Below are positions 46,044 to 54,532 of a stretch of DNA of 64,000 bases, piece after piece. Positions within the stretch are counted from its first letter, which is position 1. Each line of letters opens with the position of its first letter. The notes beneath the pieces were generated by a model. The model searched no databases and had not been told where the DNA came from. It saw only the letters and a list, made by a program, of their open reading frames with translations. The DNA lies in IMG/VR virus record IMGVR_UViG_3300035182_002586, positions 248,001 to 312,000 of that record. One strand, 5' to 3'. A program made the translations under genes and the position numbers.

Positions 46044-46802
46044 CTAGAGGCTGCTGATCGACACGTCAGCGAGCCAGTTCGAGAACGCGCTCACCTTCTT
46101 CGGGCCCGTGACCACAGGGACGACCGGCACGAAGACCGTGGGGTTCGCCTTCGGCTTGAGAAGGTCTGCGATGGCGTCGTCACTGAGGGGCGCCGGGTTG
46201 TTCGCGTACCACTTGGTCGCGAGGTTCATGCGACGTGCAGACGCCTCTCCGCCTGCGTTCGCGTTGCCACTCGCGTAGACGCGCAAGCGGTCGGACAGGG
46301 GCATGTTGACCGTCGCGTCGAATGAGATGCGCATCACCCGAAGACCGGCCGTGATGCACTTCTTGCGGTCGGCGACCAACTCCTTGCCGGTCCACCCCTT
46401 CACGACTTCCGACGAGGGGTCGCTGTCATAGGCAGCGCGGCCCTTCACCGTGTTCCATGAGAACGTGCGGCCTTCACCGACGTTGAGCTGCATGAGACAC
46501 CACGAGCGCCCGCTGTCCCCCTTGGCACCCTTCCCAAGCCCGAAGTCGACATCCTTCCGGAAGCCGCTCTCGTGGCTCATGATGCTGAGGATCACAGCAA
46601 CCGTGCGTGCTCGACCGTTGGGGCCCGCGAAGAGAGGGGGCTGAGGATCTGCCCACACCACTTCGGTGACATCCCTCGCGATCGAGTTGTATCGGACGAG
46701 AGCCTCATCCTTGGTTTCCTTCGCGTCCTTGACGAACTGCGGGCGGTCTGCCGGGGCAACCGCAACGATGAAGCTCACGATCCAGGCGACGACAGGTTCC
46801 AC
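46044..46802 (-). CDS. Lysozyme-fold (SLT-like) protein
   Basis: ILSIMSHESGF...GDSGRSWCLMQL resembles SLT motifs I (E-S) and II (GLMQ); hydrophobic N-terminus could be a signal sequence. Confidence 0.6.
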   Translation of the reverse strand: MEPVVAWIVSFIVAVAPADRPQFVKDAKETKDEALVRYNSIARDVTEVVWADPQPPLFAGPNGRARTVAVILSIMSHESGFRKDVDFGLGKGAKGDSGRSWCLMQLNVGEGRTFSWNTVKGRAAYDSDPSSEVVKGWTGKELVADRKKCITAGLRVMRISFDATVNMPLSDRLRVYASGNANAGGEASARRMNLATKWYANNPAPLSDDAIADLLKPKANPTVFVPVVPVVTGPKKVSAFSNWLADVSISSL

Positions 46803-47018
46803 TTCGACCTCCTACGGGTTTGACCCCCACCGATCAACCTGTCCAACCTCAAGTTGGACGGTCTTGTGTGTTGCATGTGCTGCCCTCTTACGAGGATGGG
46901 GAGGGGCCTAGATAATGGACGTAACGCGGACACGCAAGGGTGGATCGACCTTAATCGTCGATCCTGGGGTCCCGTACGTCACTTTTTCTTGCCTATTGAA
47001 CGACTACTGGCATCCCCT

Positions 47019-47087
47019 GAGGGTCATTGAAACCCAATAGAGGGTCATTGAAACCCAATAGAGGGTCATTGAAACCCAATAGAGGGT
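47019..47087. repeat. 3 x 21-bp tandem repeat GAGGGTCATTGAAACCCAATA (iteron-like)
   Basis: Identical units at 47019, 47040 and 47061, plus GAGGGT; located in the ~500-bp divergent intergenic region. Confidence 0.95.
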
Positions 47088-47282
47088 AGCCTGGGGGGTC
47101 CTCTTAGAGAGGATCCTCACCTTGCCCTGTGGGCATTTCGACACAACCTGCGACGAGACCCCTCGCAAGAAGCACACGTACGCGACGAGGGGGGACGAGA
47201 GCCCCACGGGAAGTCGTCGGAGTACGGGCAGACAAGGGGTGCATGCGGAGCGGTGGTCCCTGTACACCAGGTCGCCCCTAGC

Positions 47283-47289
47283 TGGTGTA
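47283..47289 (+). promoter_or_regulatory. TGGTGTA candidate promoter (TA at -12 of GTG 47300)
   Basis: TGGTG-TATTCT-CGCACC-GTG; a mirror TGGTGTA lies on the minus strand at 47263-47269. Confidence 0.5.
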
Positions 47290-47299
47290 TTCTCGCACC

Positions 47300-47803
47300 G
47301 TGAGCAACTCGTACTCGATCGCGAAGTTCCACGAGAACTGTTTCGGCACGCCTCCCACGCCCGAACACTGCCAGCTCTACGACGCGTACCCTGCTTCGCG
47401 CGGCTACTCGGATCGGAAGTTGAACCGAGAGCGGTTCCGCGCAGCCTTTGTGTTGGCGCTCTACCAGACCATCGTGTTCGGCCAGAAGAAGACGGCGAAG
47501 TCGTACCTCATCATCCCCCGTGCACACGACGCGTGGGTCACGAAAGAGATGCGGTCCCTCATCCAGGAGATCTTCGACCAGATCAAGGTAGTCCGAGCCT
47601 CGGGGAAGGACGTACGAGGGATCACCGACTACATCACGGGGTGCATCAAGTCCCTGCTCATCGGCCACTTGGCCTTCCAACTGAGCGGAGAACCCGAGCA
47701 CTGGTCGGTCTTCGGTATCTCCTCGAAGGACCCCGTGCCCGAATGGATTCCAGATCGGTTGCTGCATGTGGAGAAGCCGGGCCGTAGCGGTTCCGACGAG
47801 TAG
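47300..47803 (+). CDS. Hypothetical protein
   Basis: Start chosen from motif spacing; phage-like codon usage. Confidence 0.6.
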   Translation: MSNSYSIAKFHENCFGTPPTPEHCQLYDAYPASRGYSDRKLNRERFRAAFVLALYQTIVFGQKKTAKSYLIIPRAHDAWVTKEMRSLIQEIFDQIKVVRASGKDVRGITDYITGCIKSLLIGHLAFQLSGEPEHWSVFGISSKDPVPEWIPDRLLHVEKPGRSGSDE

Positions 47804-47813
47804 AGCAGGAGGC

Positions 47814-47820
47814 CGGTGTA
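47814..47820 (+). promoter_or_regulatory. CGGTGTA candidate promoter (TA at -12 of GTG 47831)
   Basis: CGGTG-TACTAA-CACCAG-GTG. Confidence 0.5.
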
Positions 47821-47830
47821 CTAACACCAG

Positions 47831-48634
47831 GTGGATCCCGACGACATCGAGAGCTGGTGGGCCTTGGTCCATCCTCCCGAGCCCCCCACGCCAGGGGAGG
47901 TCCTCCAGGCTGCGCTCCCCTCCGGGTACAACATCAGACCTCCCATCCTCTTGACGGCCGTGGGGTCCGCGAAGGACTTCCGAGATGCCGTTGGGCATGT
48001 GAGCGCTCGCCACAAGCTCGTGCTTGAAGGGCCCGTTGACGAGTACCTGCGCAACCTCTTGCGGCTCTTGGTATCGGAGCAGGGGCCGAAACCGAGACCT
48101 CACCCCGTGTCCCTCGTCCTCCGGGCCATGCGCCGTTTGGCCCGAGAGAAGGACATCCTCTACAACTGGGTGCGACGCAGCTCTCAGCTCCCGGTGAACT
48201 TCAAAGCCCTCCTGGATTCTGTCGTGCATGTCGACCCGGACGAGGAGACCCGTCTCCACGACATCGCCAGGAAGTGGTTCGAGGGTCAAGAGCTGACTGC
48301 CGAAGAAACCTACGATCTCTTCAACAGTGACCGGTGGGCACCACAGCTACCCGCCGTAGCAGCCACCGAGCGGGTAGACCGAGCATGGGGTCTGCTGCTT
48401 CTGGCGTACGCGTCCATTCCACACCTACCCATGCTACTCATCGTCTGTAGTCTGCACGAGGTCCGACACGCTCCGGCCACCCTCCTCTTCGGATGGGACG
48501 GCCAGGATCCACAGAGAGTGAGTTCCGAACTCCTCGGTATCCTCCGGGAGACGGAACTTGTTCTAAGACCTGAACATAGAGATGCAGAAAAGCGAATCCA
48601 CCCTGAGGGTCGTTCCTCCAGTAGCCTCCGTTGA
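47831..48634 (+). CDS. Hypothetical protein
   Basis: 267-aa helical ORF. Confidence 0.6.
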   Translation: MDPDDIESWWALVHPPEPPTPGEVLQAALPSGYNIRPPILLTAVGSAKDFRDAVGHVSARHKLVLEGPVDEYLRNLLRLLVSEQGPKPRPHPVSLVLRAMRRLAREKDILYNWVRRSSQLPVNFKALLDSVVHVDPDEETRLHDIARKWFEGQELTAEETYDLFNSDRWAPQLPAVAATERVDRAWGLLLLAYASIPHLPMLLIVCSLHEVRHAPATLLFGWDGQDPQRVSSELLGILRETELVLRPEHRDAEKRIHPEGRSSSSLR

Positions 48635-49541
48635 GGTCGAGCCGGAACGAGCGGCGCGCGCCAAGCCCCTGCGGCACGCAGACATGCGTGCACGCACGGC
48701 GCAGAGTGGGACGCGTGAAGTCGCTGTGGCACCGCTCTTCCGATGGACCATGAACTTCCACCGACCCGACCGACCCACCGTCGCGGTCCTTTCCGGGCCC
48801 ACCATGGTCCGAGCTGCGATGATCGCCAGCTACCTTTCGCCCCGGTTCGAAACACTTCGTACGGGAGCGATCGAAGAGCTAGCGGAAGGCCGCACGTGGT
48901 TGGAGGGCAACGTCACGAGAGCCTTCCTGGAGAAGATCTCCAAAGCTCGCATCCCTGCGGAATGTCGAGACGGCGACGAGTCCCCTGAGGAAACGTGGAA
49001 CCTCCTGTGGGGCCTACTTCGGACCGAGACGCTGATCGTGGAGGAGACCCTTCGCGACCTCCTCGATCAGGCTACCCCTCTCATCACGAGTGTTCATCGG
49101 GCGCTGTGGGAAGCCCGTTTCCTGCTCAGAGAGCATGCCGACGACCGCATTGCGCGGGCGTTCGTCTGTGCTTTCTCTCGGTGGATCTCCGGCCACCCCC
49201 TCTCCGTCGAGGATGTCGCTGCCCTTCGGAGCGCTGACATCGAGCCCTTCCCGTTGTACGCCGTGGATCAAGTCGAAGCCGCCTGCTTCCTCCTCACCCT
49301 CGCAGCGCAGAACGCGCTCTTGAGTCGGTTCGTAGTCTTGTTCGACGGACTGGAGGACGCTGACTACGCGACCGTCTGCGGGCTGGGGGAGCTTCTCTCC
49401 GTGCTCGACAAGTGGGTGGCAAGGGATGGTTCCCCCCTTGGCGTCCTGGTTGGCTTCGAGGGTACGACCTACCAGCGCCGGGCTCTGCGTCAAAAACACC
49501 CGGTGCTTGCGAAACGGGTCGAGCAAAGCCCGACGGCGTAG
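48582..49541 (+). CDS. Degenerate P-loop ATPase-like protein resembling DUF2791/BrxD (start uncertain)
   Basis: VAVLSGPTMVRAAMI (Walker A-like position, lacking GKT), FSRWISG and RFVVLFDGLE (Walker B-like). Confidence 0.45.
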   Translation: MQKSESTLRVVPPVASVEVEPERAARAKPLRHADMRARTAQSGTREVAVAPLFRWTMNFHRPDRPTVAVLSGPTMVRAAMIASYLSPRFETLRTGAIEELAEGRTWLEGNVTRAFLEKISKARIPAECRDGDESPEETWNLLWGLLRTETLIVEETLRDLLDQATPLITSVHRALWEARFLLREHADDRIARAFVCAFSRWISGHPLSVEDVAALRSADIEPFPLYAVDQVEAACFLLTLAAQNALLSRFVVLFDGLEDADYATVCGLGELLSVLDKWVARDGSPLGVLVGFEGTTYQRRALRQKHPVLAKRVEQSPTA

Positions 49542-49553
49542 GCCACTTATCGG
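49539..49553 (+). promoter_or_regulatory. Candidate TA-N7-TATC promoter (TAGGCCACTTATCGG)
   Basis: 14 nt upstream of ATG 49568. Confidence 0.45.
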
Positions 49554-49567
49554 AAGCACCTTGTGCC

Positions 49568-50089
49568 ATGCCCGAGATCTTCCGCACACGGGACGTGATC
49601 GTCTTCGCCAAGACCCATGCGATCCCGGTGGCCGTCTCCACAACGTTGAAGACCGGCGGTTGGACCGGCGGCCAGGGTGTGCAGTGGGCAGACGTTCCCG
49701 GCGTCGACCAGTTCCTCGTCACCTACTCGGACGGCCCCTACGGCGGGTTCCTTCTGTGGGGGTCGGACGAACCCGCCGACCAGTACGTGTCGTACGTCGA
49801 GAACCAGCCAACCTACGGCTTCGCCGTCCTCTGCACGGGGAACTGGCTCATCGCAACGTCCACCTTCGAGCGCTACACGTACGCGTCACGCACTGGAGGG
49901 GGCCCCCTCGTCCCTCTCGTGTACGCCCCTGGTGATGCTCTCCGGTTCAGCCTTCGGGGCTTCTTCACGAAGGAAGACGAGTGGACTCTCTCGGCGGACC
50001 CACGGGCACCGAACCGCTACATCGTGGGGCGCGTCGCGCAACCCAACACGCTCAACCCGACGTTCCTCTCGGTTCAGACGATCTTGTAG
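49568..50089 (+). CDS. Probable virion structural (head decoration-like) protein
   Basis: Beta/Gly-rich 173 aa; preceded by the putative late motif. Confidence 0.5.
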   Translation: MPEIFRTRDVIVFAKTHAIPVAVSTTLKTGGWTGGQGVQWADVPGVDQFLVTYSDGPYGGFLLWGSDEPADQYVSYVENQPTYGFAVLCTGNWLIATSTFERYTYASRTGGGPLVPLVYAPGDALRFSLRGFFTKEDEWTLSADPRAPNRYIVGRVAQPNTLNPTFLSVQTIL

Positions 50090-50570
50090 CCTGAACGGCG
50101 GCCAGGGCCATCCCCCGCGCGTACTCGATGACCGTGTGCGCGATCGCCTCCAGGTTCCGTGTGGCGAGGTCGGCCTGGAAGCGATCGACTTCCGTAGCGT
50201 CCTCGGCACCGGCCCTCATGCGAGCCCGCTCGCACTGGAGATCCGCTCGCCCGAGACGGAGCATGAGCGTTTCCAAGATCTGACGGTGGATGGACGACAC
50301 CTCCTCGTCTTCGGAACGAGGGCGGTTACGCGCCACGGCGGTCCAGAAGTCCCGCGCCGCTTCGTCGGGCTGGTAGCCTCCCTCGAAGCCCACCTCCCCC
50401 GCAGGAGAGATTCGAACGAGGTACTTGCCCTGACGCGCGATCACGACTTCACCGGGCGCAACCGGCGAGCCGTCACCAAGGAGAACGGGGGGTGCCTCCT
50501 CGGGGAACAGCTCCGGGTGCTGCGACCGCCAGAAGACTTCCAGCTCGGATTTGTCGTCCTCGGAGGGCAT
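50052..50570 (-). CDS. Hypothetical protein
   Basis: AGGAG SD; CGGTGTA at 50595-50601. Confidence 0.6.
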   Translation of the reverse strand: MPSEDDKSELEVFWRSQHPELFPEEAPPVLLGDGSPVAPGEVVIARQGKYLVRISPAGEVGFEGGYQPDEAARDFWTAVARNRPRSEDEEVSSIHRQILETLMLRLGRADLQCERARMRAGAEDATEVDRFQADLATRNLEAIAHTVIEYARGMALAAVQATRSSEPRGTSG

Positions 50571-50602
50571 GGGTCGACTCCTGTACGACCCTTCTACACC
50601 GC

Positions 50603-50902
50603 CTAGTCCGTCTCGTCATCATCCGAGTCAGGTGCGTCGTCGTCGGACGGCTCGGTGGGTACGGGGGTTCCAGCACGAGAGAAGATTGCTGCCTTCACCC
50701 GCCGGGACATCGTGAGCATCTTCCTGGTGGTCTCGTCGAGCACGAAGTCCAAGGGGCCCGCAGCCGACTCGAACAGGATCACGTCGCCCACGCGAACGAC
50801 GCATACCCACCAGTCATCTCGGTCGGGAATTCCGCGCACGATCACTTCCCCACCGGGAGAAATGGCTCGTGTTGCTTCACACAGGCGTCGTAGCTTACGC
50901 AT
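50603..50902 (-). CDS. Hypothetical protein with acidic tail
   Basis: GAGG SD; 99 aa. Confidence 0.55.
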   Translation of the reverse strand: MRKLRRLCEATRAISPGGEVIVRGIPDRDDWWVCVVRVGDVILFESAAGPLDFVLDETTRKMLTMSRRVKAAIFSRAGTPVPTEPSDDDAPDSDDDETD

Positions 50903-51119
50903 GGGTCCTCACCCGTGTGAGGAGACAAGAGATTCCTCGACAACTTTGCTGGGGGTCATCTTCGTGTCACGGCAGAGGATAGGTCAGGCCAAGCTCACCG
51001 CCGAAGGGGCGGGGACACCAGCCTTCTGGAGGCCCTGTCCTACCTAGCGAATTTCGCGGGCAAGTACGGCCACGGTTCGCGATAGCGCTGCGGTAACGCT
51101 CTTGTGCGCGGGCGTAGGT

Positions 51120-52052
51120 ATGCCCACCCCGTCCGCGCTCGTCTCGCGCGTCGCCCACCGTTACGCGCTCGTCTCGCGCGTCGCCCACCGGTTTGCAGCC
51201 TCCCACGAGGTCTTCGCGAGCAAGGCCCTGGCGCGTTCCTGGCCAGAGTTGGTCAGCATGGTCGAGAAGGATGCGCAGGCCGTGGGGCACTGGCGTAAGA
51301 AGTTCGTCTCGGAGTCCTTGGCCATTCTCAAGAAGGGCCGGGCCGATAGCGAGGCCATGGTCAAGGGGCCGTGGTGGGAGCGCTATCCGGACGCCGTGAA
51401 AGGGAACTTGAAGGACATCGAGTTCGTGTTCTCGACGGTCGAGAAGAACGTCAAGAAGCTCGAAACGAAGATGATCGACGAGCCTCTGGCGGGGCACGAG
51501 GTCAGCCAGATCCACATGGACCACTGGGACCCCGAGATGTTCGCAGACGGTCAGACGAAGGCTGACTACGGCCGCAAGCCCATCGACCCGATCTTCGAGG
51601 CCGTGCAAGCGGTCACCACGAAGTACCACGAGTTCTGGAAGCGCTTCAACGCGAAGTACGACCTCGGGAGCCTGAACGTCACCCTCTATGGCCTTCTCCC
51701 CGCCAGCTTGAACAAGAAGAGCCGCCTGAACTTCGAGCTGATCCAGAAGCTCGACGGGGAGGACCTGGAGAAGGCCCTCCACTGGTACAGCGGCGAGCTG
51801 GAGAAGCTCGCGAAGGAAGTCGAGAAAGAAGGTCCTCCCGGTGCCGCGAACGCGCTGTCCGTCGGTGCCGGCCTCTCGGCCCTCATGGGCGAGGCCAAGA
51901 AGAAGGGCGATCAGTGGACCGCCGACTTCGCCAAGTCCCTGATGGGCCAGGCCGAAAGAAGGCACCCGTTCTCCGACAAGCAGCGGAGCCTGCTCGATGC
52001 GAAGCTGCACGAGTACCACGTGCCACCCGTCAACTACACGATCTGGTGGTGA
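51120..52052 (+). CDS. Hypothetical protein with duplicated ALVSRVAHR[YF] N-terminus
   Basis: AGGT SD before ATG 51120; 30-bp tandem duplication at about 51134-51190. Confidence 0.7.
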   Translation: MPTPSALVSRVAHRYALVSRVAHRFAASHEVFASKALARSWPELVSMVEKDAQAVGHWRKKFVSESLAILKKGRADSEAMVKGPWWERYPDAVKGNLKDIEFVFSTVEKNVKKLETKMIDEPLAGHEVSQIHMDHWDPEMFADGQTKADYGRKPIDPIFEAVQAVTTKYHEFWKRFNAKYDLGSLNVTLYGLLPASLNKKSRLNFELIQKLDGEDLEKALHWYSGELEKLAKEVEKEGPPGAANALSVGAGLSALMGEAKKKGDQWTADFAKSLMGQAERRHPFSDKQRSLLDAKLHEYHVPPVNYTIWW

Positions 52053-52056
52053 CCCG

Positions 52057-52770
52057 ATGGCATTCCTCGGCCTCCGCGTTCCTCTCGAAACCGCCCGCCT
52101 CTTGTCCGAGGTGCCGGACGTCGCCAAGTACGGTGATCCGGAGCCGCTCGATCGGTTCCACGTGACCCTGCTCGTCCTCGGGGACATCCCCATCGAGGAC
52201 GTAGCGCGCACTATCGAACCTGTCTTCAAGGTTGTCTCCGAGACCCGGCCCTTCACGGTCTCGACGTCACACATCACGACGTTCCCGCCCGGTGAGACGA
52301 CCCCGATCATCGGGCTCATCGACTCTCCCGAGATCCACGTCCTCAGGGCCCGCCTCACCGAGGCGCTCGGGGAAGCCGACATCGAGTACAACCGCAAGTT
52401 CAAGGACTACGTACCCCACGTCACGCTTGGGTACTCCGCCCCCGACCTGCACTACGATGGTGGGATCAACGTGCACCTCCCCGTCCCGATCTCGTGGGGC
52501 GCTCACGAGCTGGTGCTGTGGGGTGGGCACGTCGACGATCAGGTCATGACCCGGGTGATCGTGACCTTCCCGTTCTCGCTCGGTCTTCCTCGTCCGGGAG
52601 ACGAACCGGAGCAAGAGAAGGCGGAAGAGCCGGAGAAGGTCAAGGACAGCATCCGCTACAAGGCTGCCGTGCGTCTCGCGATGCACGAGGGGCAGACCGG
52701 GTGGCCCTCACGCTCTAGTACGGCGAGTCGTGTGCTCAAGCGCTACCTCGGAGCCGTTCGAGGAGGCTGA
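52057..52770 (+). CDS. 2H phosphoesterase, Acb1/T4 gp57B-like
   Basis: Two H-x-T-h motifs (FHVTLL and PHVTLGY) in a context PEPLDRFHVT...KFKDYVPHVTLGY resembling Acb1 (PVPREKIHST...DFDDYTPHITLSY, recalled from memory). Confidence 0.75.
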   Translation: MAFLGLRVPLETARLLSEVPDVAKYGDPEPLDRFHVTLLVLGDIPIEDVARTIEPVFKVVSETRPFTVSTSHITTFPPGETTPIIGLIDSPEIHVLRARLTEALGEADIEYNRKFKDYVPHVTLGYSAPDLHYDGGINVHLPVPISWGAHELVLWGGHVDDQVMTRVIVTFPFSLGLPRPGDEPEQEKAEEPEKVKDSIRYKAAVRLAMHEGQTGWPSRSSTASRVLKRYLGAVRGG

Positions 52771-52774
52771 TCCC

Positions 52775-53686
52775 ATGCCGATGCAGATCGAGTGGTGCTC
52801 AAGGTGCAGTGCAGCGATCTACGACGTAGACGACGTGCCCGGAGCCTGCGGTTGCCCTGATGGGCAGCTTCGGGGCCTCCTCGCCATGCGCCGGATCGCA
52901 GCCGGAACCCCCGCCCCTCAACCCGTGGCGTCCCCGCCCCCGGTCGTGACGCCCTCTTGGGACACCATCCAGGTGGCCGTTCAGAAGGCCGTGCGAGCTG
53001 CCGTGCAGGCTCCTGCACGGGCCCCGCTCGTCACTCCGATCGCCACTCCGATCGCCCCCACCTCCGGTTTGCCGGACCTCACCCCCGACATACTGATGTC
53101 CGGCAACGCACTCGCTGAGTACCAAGCGATGCGATCTGGAGTCATCCCGAGCAGCAGCCAGGCACCCGTTCGAGGGCGTCGTGGGGACGAGCCCGTCGAA
53201 GTCTCGTGGGACGACAACGGTGAGGACGCCCCGCCTGTCACGGGGGCGCTCGAAGAGCTGTGGCTCGGGCGCGCCGAGATGGAGCAAATCGCGAGCAGTG
53301 GGGTGGACATCGAGTTCTCGACTCCCGACGAGTACGAAGCTCCCTCTCGCCCTCGCTACAGCGAAGCCGCCCGCTTCCGTGTTGATCGACCCCCGCCCCG
53401 TGCCCCCACTCCTACTGGACCTCGGGTAGGCGGAGTCGTTCGACAAGACGGGGAGGTCGTGGGGAGCCGTCAGGCACTTCGACAGACGGCCGCATCGGCC
53501 CCCCCTTCCCTGCGCGAGATCCGGCAACGGGCTCGTGAAGGCGTCGTCTCACCGCCCCAAGAAGTTCGGGTAGCCGTCCGAACGGCCCCTGTTCGAACCG
53601 CCCCTGCCCGAACGGTCCCCGCGGAGCCCCCGCCCATGTCCGCGTACGAGCGGATCATCAACGGGCAAGGCCCCCTCGACGACTAG
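52775..53686 (+). CDS. Hypothetical protein, N-terminal Zn ribbon, Pro-rich disordered body
   Basis: WCSRC...ACGC; GGAGG SD. Confidence 0.6.
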   Translation: MPMQIEWCSRCSAAIYDVDDVPGACGCPDGQLRGLLAMRRIAAGTPAPQPVASPPPVVTPSWDTIQVAVQKAVRAAVQAPARAPLVTPIATPIAPTSGLPDLTPDILMSGNALAEYQAMRSGVIPSSSQAPVRGRRGDEPVEVSWDDNGEDAPPVTGALEELWLGRAEMEQIASSGVDIEFSTPDEYEAPSRPRYSEAARFRVDRPPPRAPTPTGPRVGGVVRQDGEVVGSRQALRQTAASAPPSLREIRQRAREGVVSPPQEVRVAVRTAPVRTAPARTVPAEPPPMSAYERIINGQGPLDD

Positions 53687-54048
53687 TTCGGCTTCTTCGC
53701 GGGCGGCTTGTCCTGCGGGGGGAGGTCGGAGACCGGGCTGACGCCCTTACGCACGGCGACCTGTCTGATCGCTGGATAGAAGGCCCTGGCGACACGAAGG
53801 GCGGCCTGCTCGTATTCGAGCCTCACGTGAGCGAGTTCGTTCAGCATTTGGTGCGCTCCCTCCGGCACTTCGAGGAGGAAGTCCATCACGTCCTCAGCCA
53901 CGATGTCGGACAGCTCGATCATCAGTTGCTTGCGTTCGACTGGATCGTTCGTCTCCGCGATCGTCATCGCGAGGCGGAGAGCGTCATCTGAGAACACGCC
54001 GTCGTCTTGGGTCGGGGCTCCACAGGTCGGGCAAGATTCGTCGCTCAT
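53683..54048 (-). CDS. Hypothetical protein with N-terminal CPTC
   Basis: 121 aa; convergent 4-bp overlap with the preceding gene. Confidence 0.55.
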   Translation of the reverse strand: MSDESCPTCGAPTQDDGVFSDDALRLAMTIAETNDPVERKQLMIELSDIVAEDVMDFLLEVPEGAHQMLNELAHVRLEYEQAALRVARAFYPAIRQVAVRKGVSPVSDLPPQDKPPAKKPN

Positions 54049-54226
54049 GACCAGAGGATAGCCGCTACCCGGTGTACCGGCACGCCCATGCGACGGGTTG
54101 GGTTACCCGTTCTGGGGAAATCGACATCGACCCCCATCAGCTTCCTTGACAACACCTACGCTGTTGAGGAAACACTACAACCCTCCGTGACCTAATCGGA
54201 ATCGGATCAGAACAAGGAGACGTCTC

Positions 54227-54457
54227 ATGCCCGCTGCGAAGAAGACCACCGCCAAGAAGACCACCGCCAAGAAGACCACCGCCAAGAAGGCCCCCGCGAA
54301 GAAGGCCGCCCGCAAGACCACCGCGAAGAAGGCCCCCGCGCGCAAGACCGCGGCCAAGAAGGCGCCGGCCAAGAAGGCCGCGCGCAAGCCCGCCGCCAAG
54401 AAGGCCGCGCGCAAGCCCGCCGCCAAGAAGACGGTCGTGGCGCCCCCGGCGATCTGA
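54227..54457 (+). CDS. Histone H1-like Lys/Ala-rich DNA-binding protein
   Basis: (A/T)AKK and PAKKAARK repeats across 76 aa; AAGGAG SD; own terminator. Confidence 0.85.
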   Translation: MPAAKKTTAKKTTAKKTTAKKAPAKKAARKTTAKKAPARKTAAKKAPAKKAARKPAAKKAARKPAAKKTVVAPPAI

Positions 54458-54478
54458 TCGTCGCGGTCCGACACGTTG

Positions 54479-54517
54479 AAGGCCCGCCCCTGAAAAAGGA
54501 GCGGGCCTTCGGTTTTT
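54479..54517 (+). terminator. Intrinsic terminator after H1-like gene
   Basis: AAGGCCCGC...GCGGGCCTT stem followed by CGGTTTTT. Confidence 0.75.
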
Positions 54518-54532
54518 CCGGGCCTTGGGAGG

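Noticed and set aside
47019-47087. CRISPR array
   Set aside because: The repeats are directly contiguous with no spacers, and no cas genes are nearby.
54146-54180. Sigma70 promoter (TTGACA) for the H1-like gene
   Set aside because: No convincing -10 hexamer at 16-18 bp spacing.
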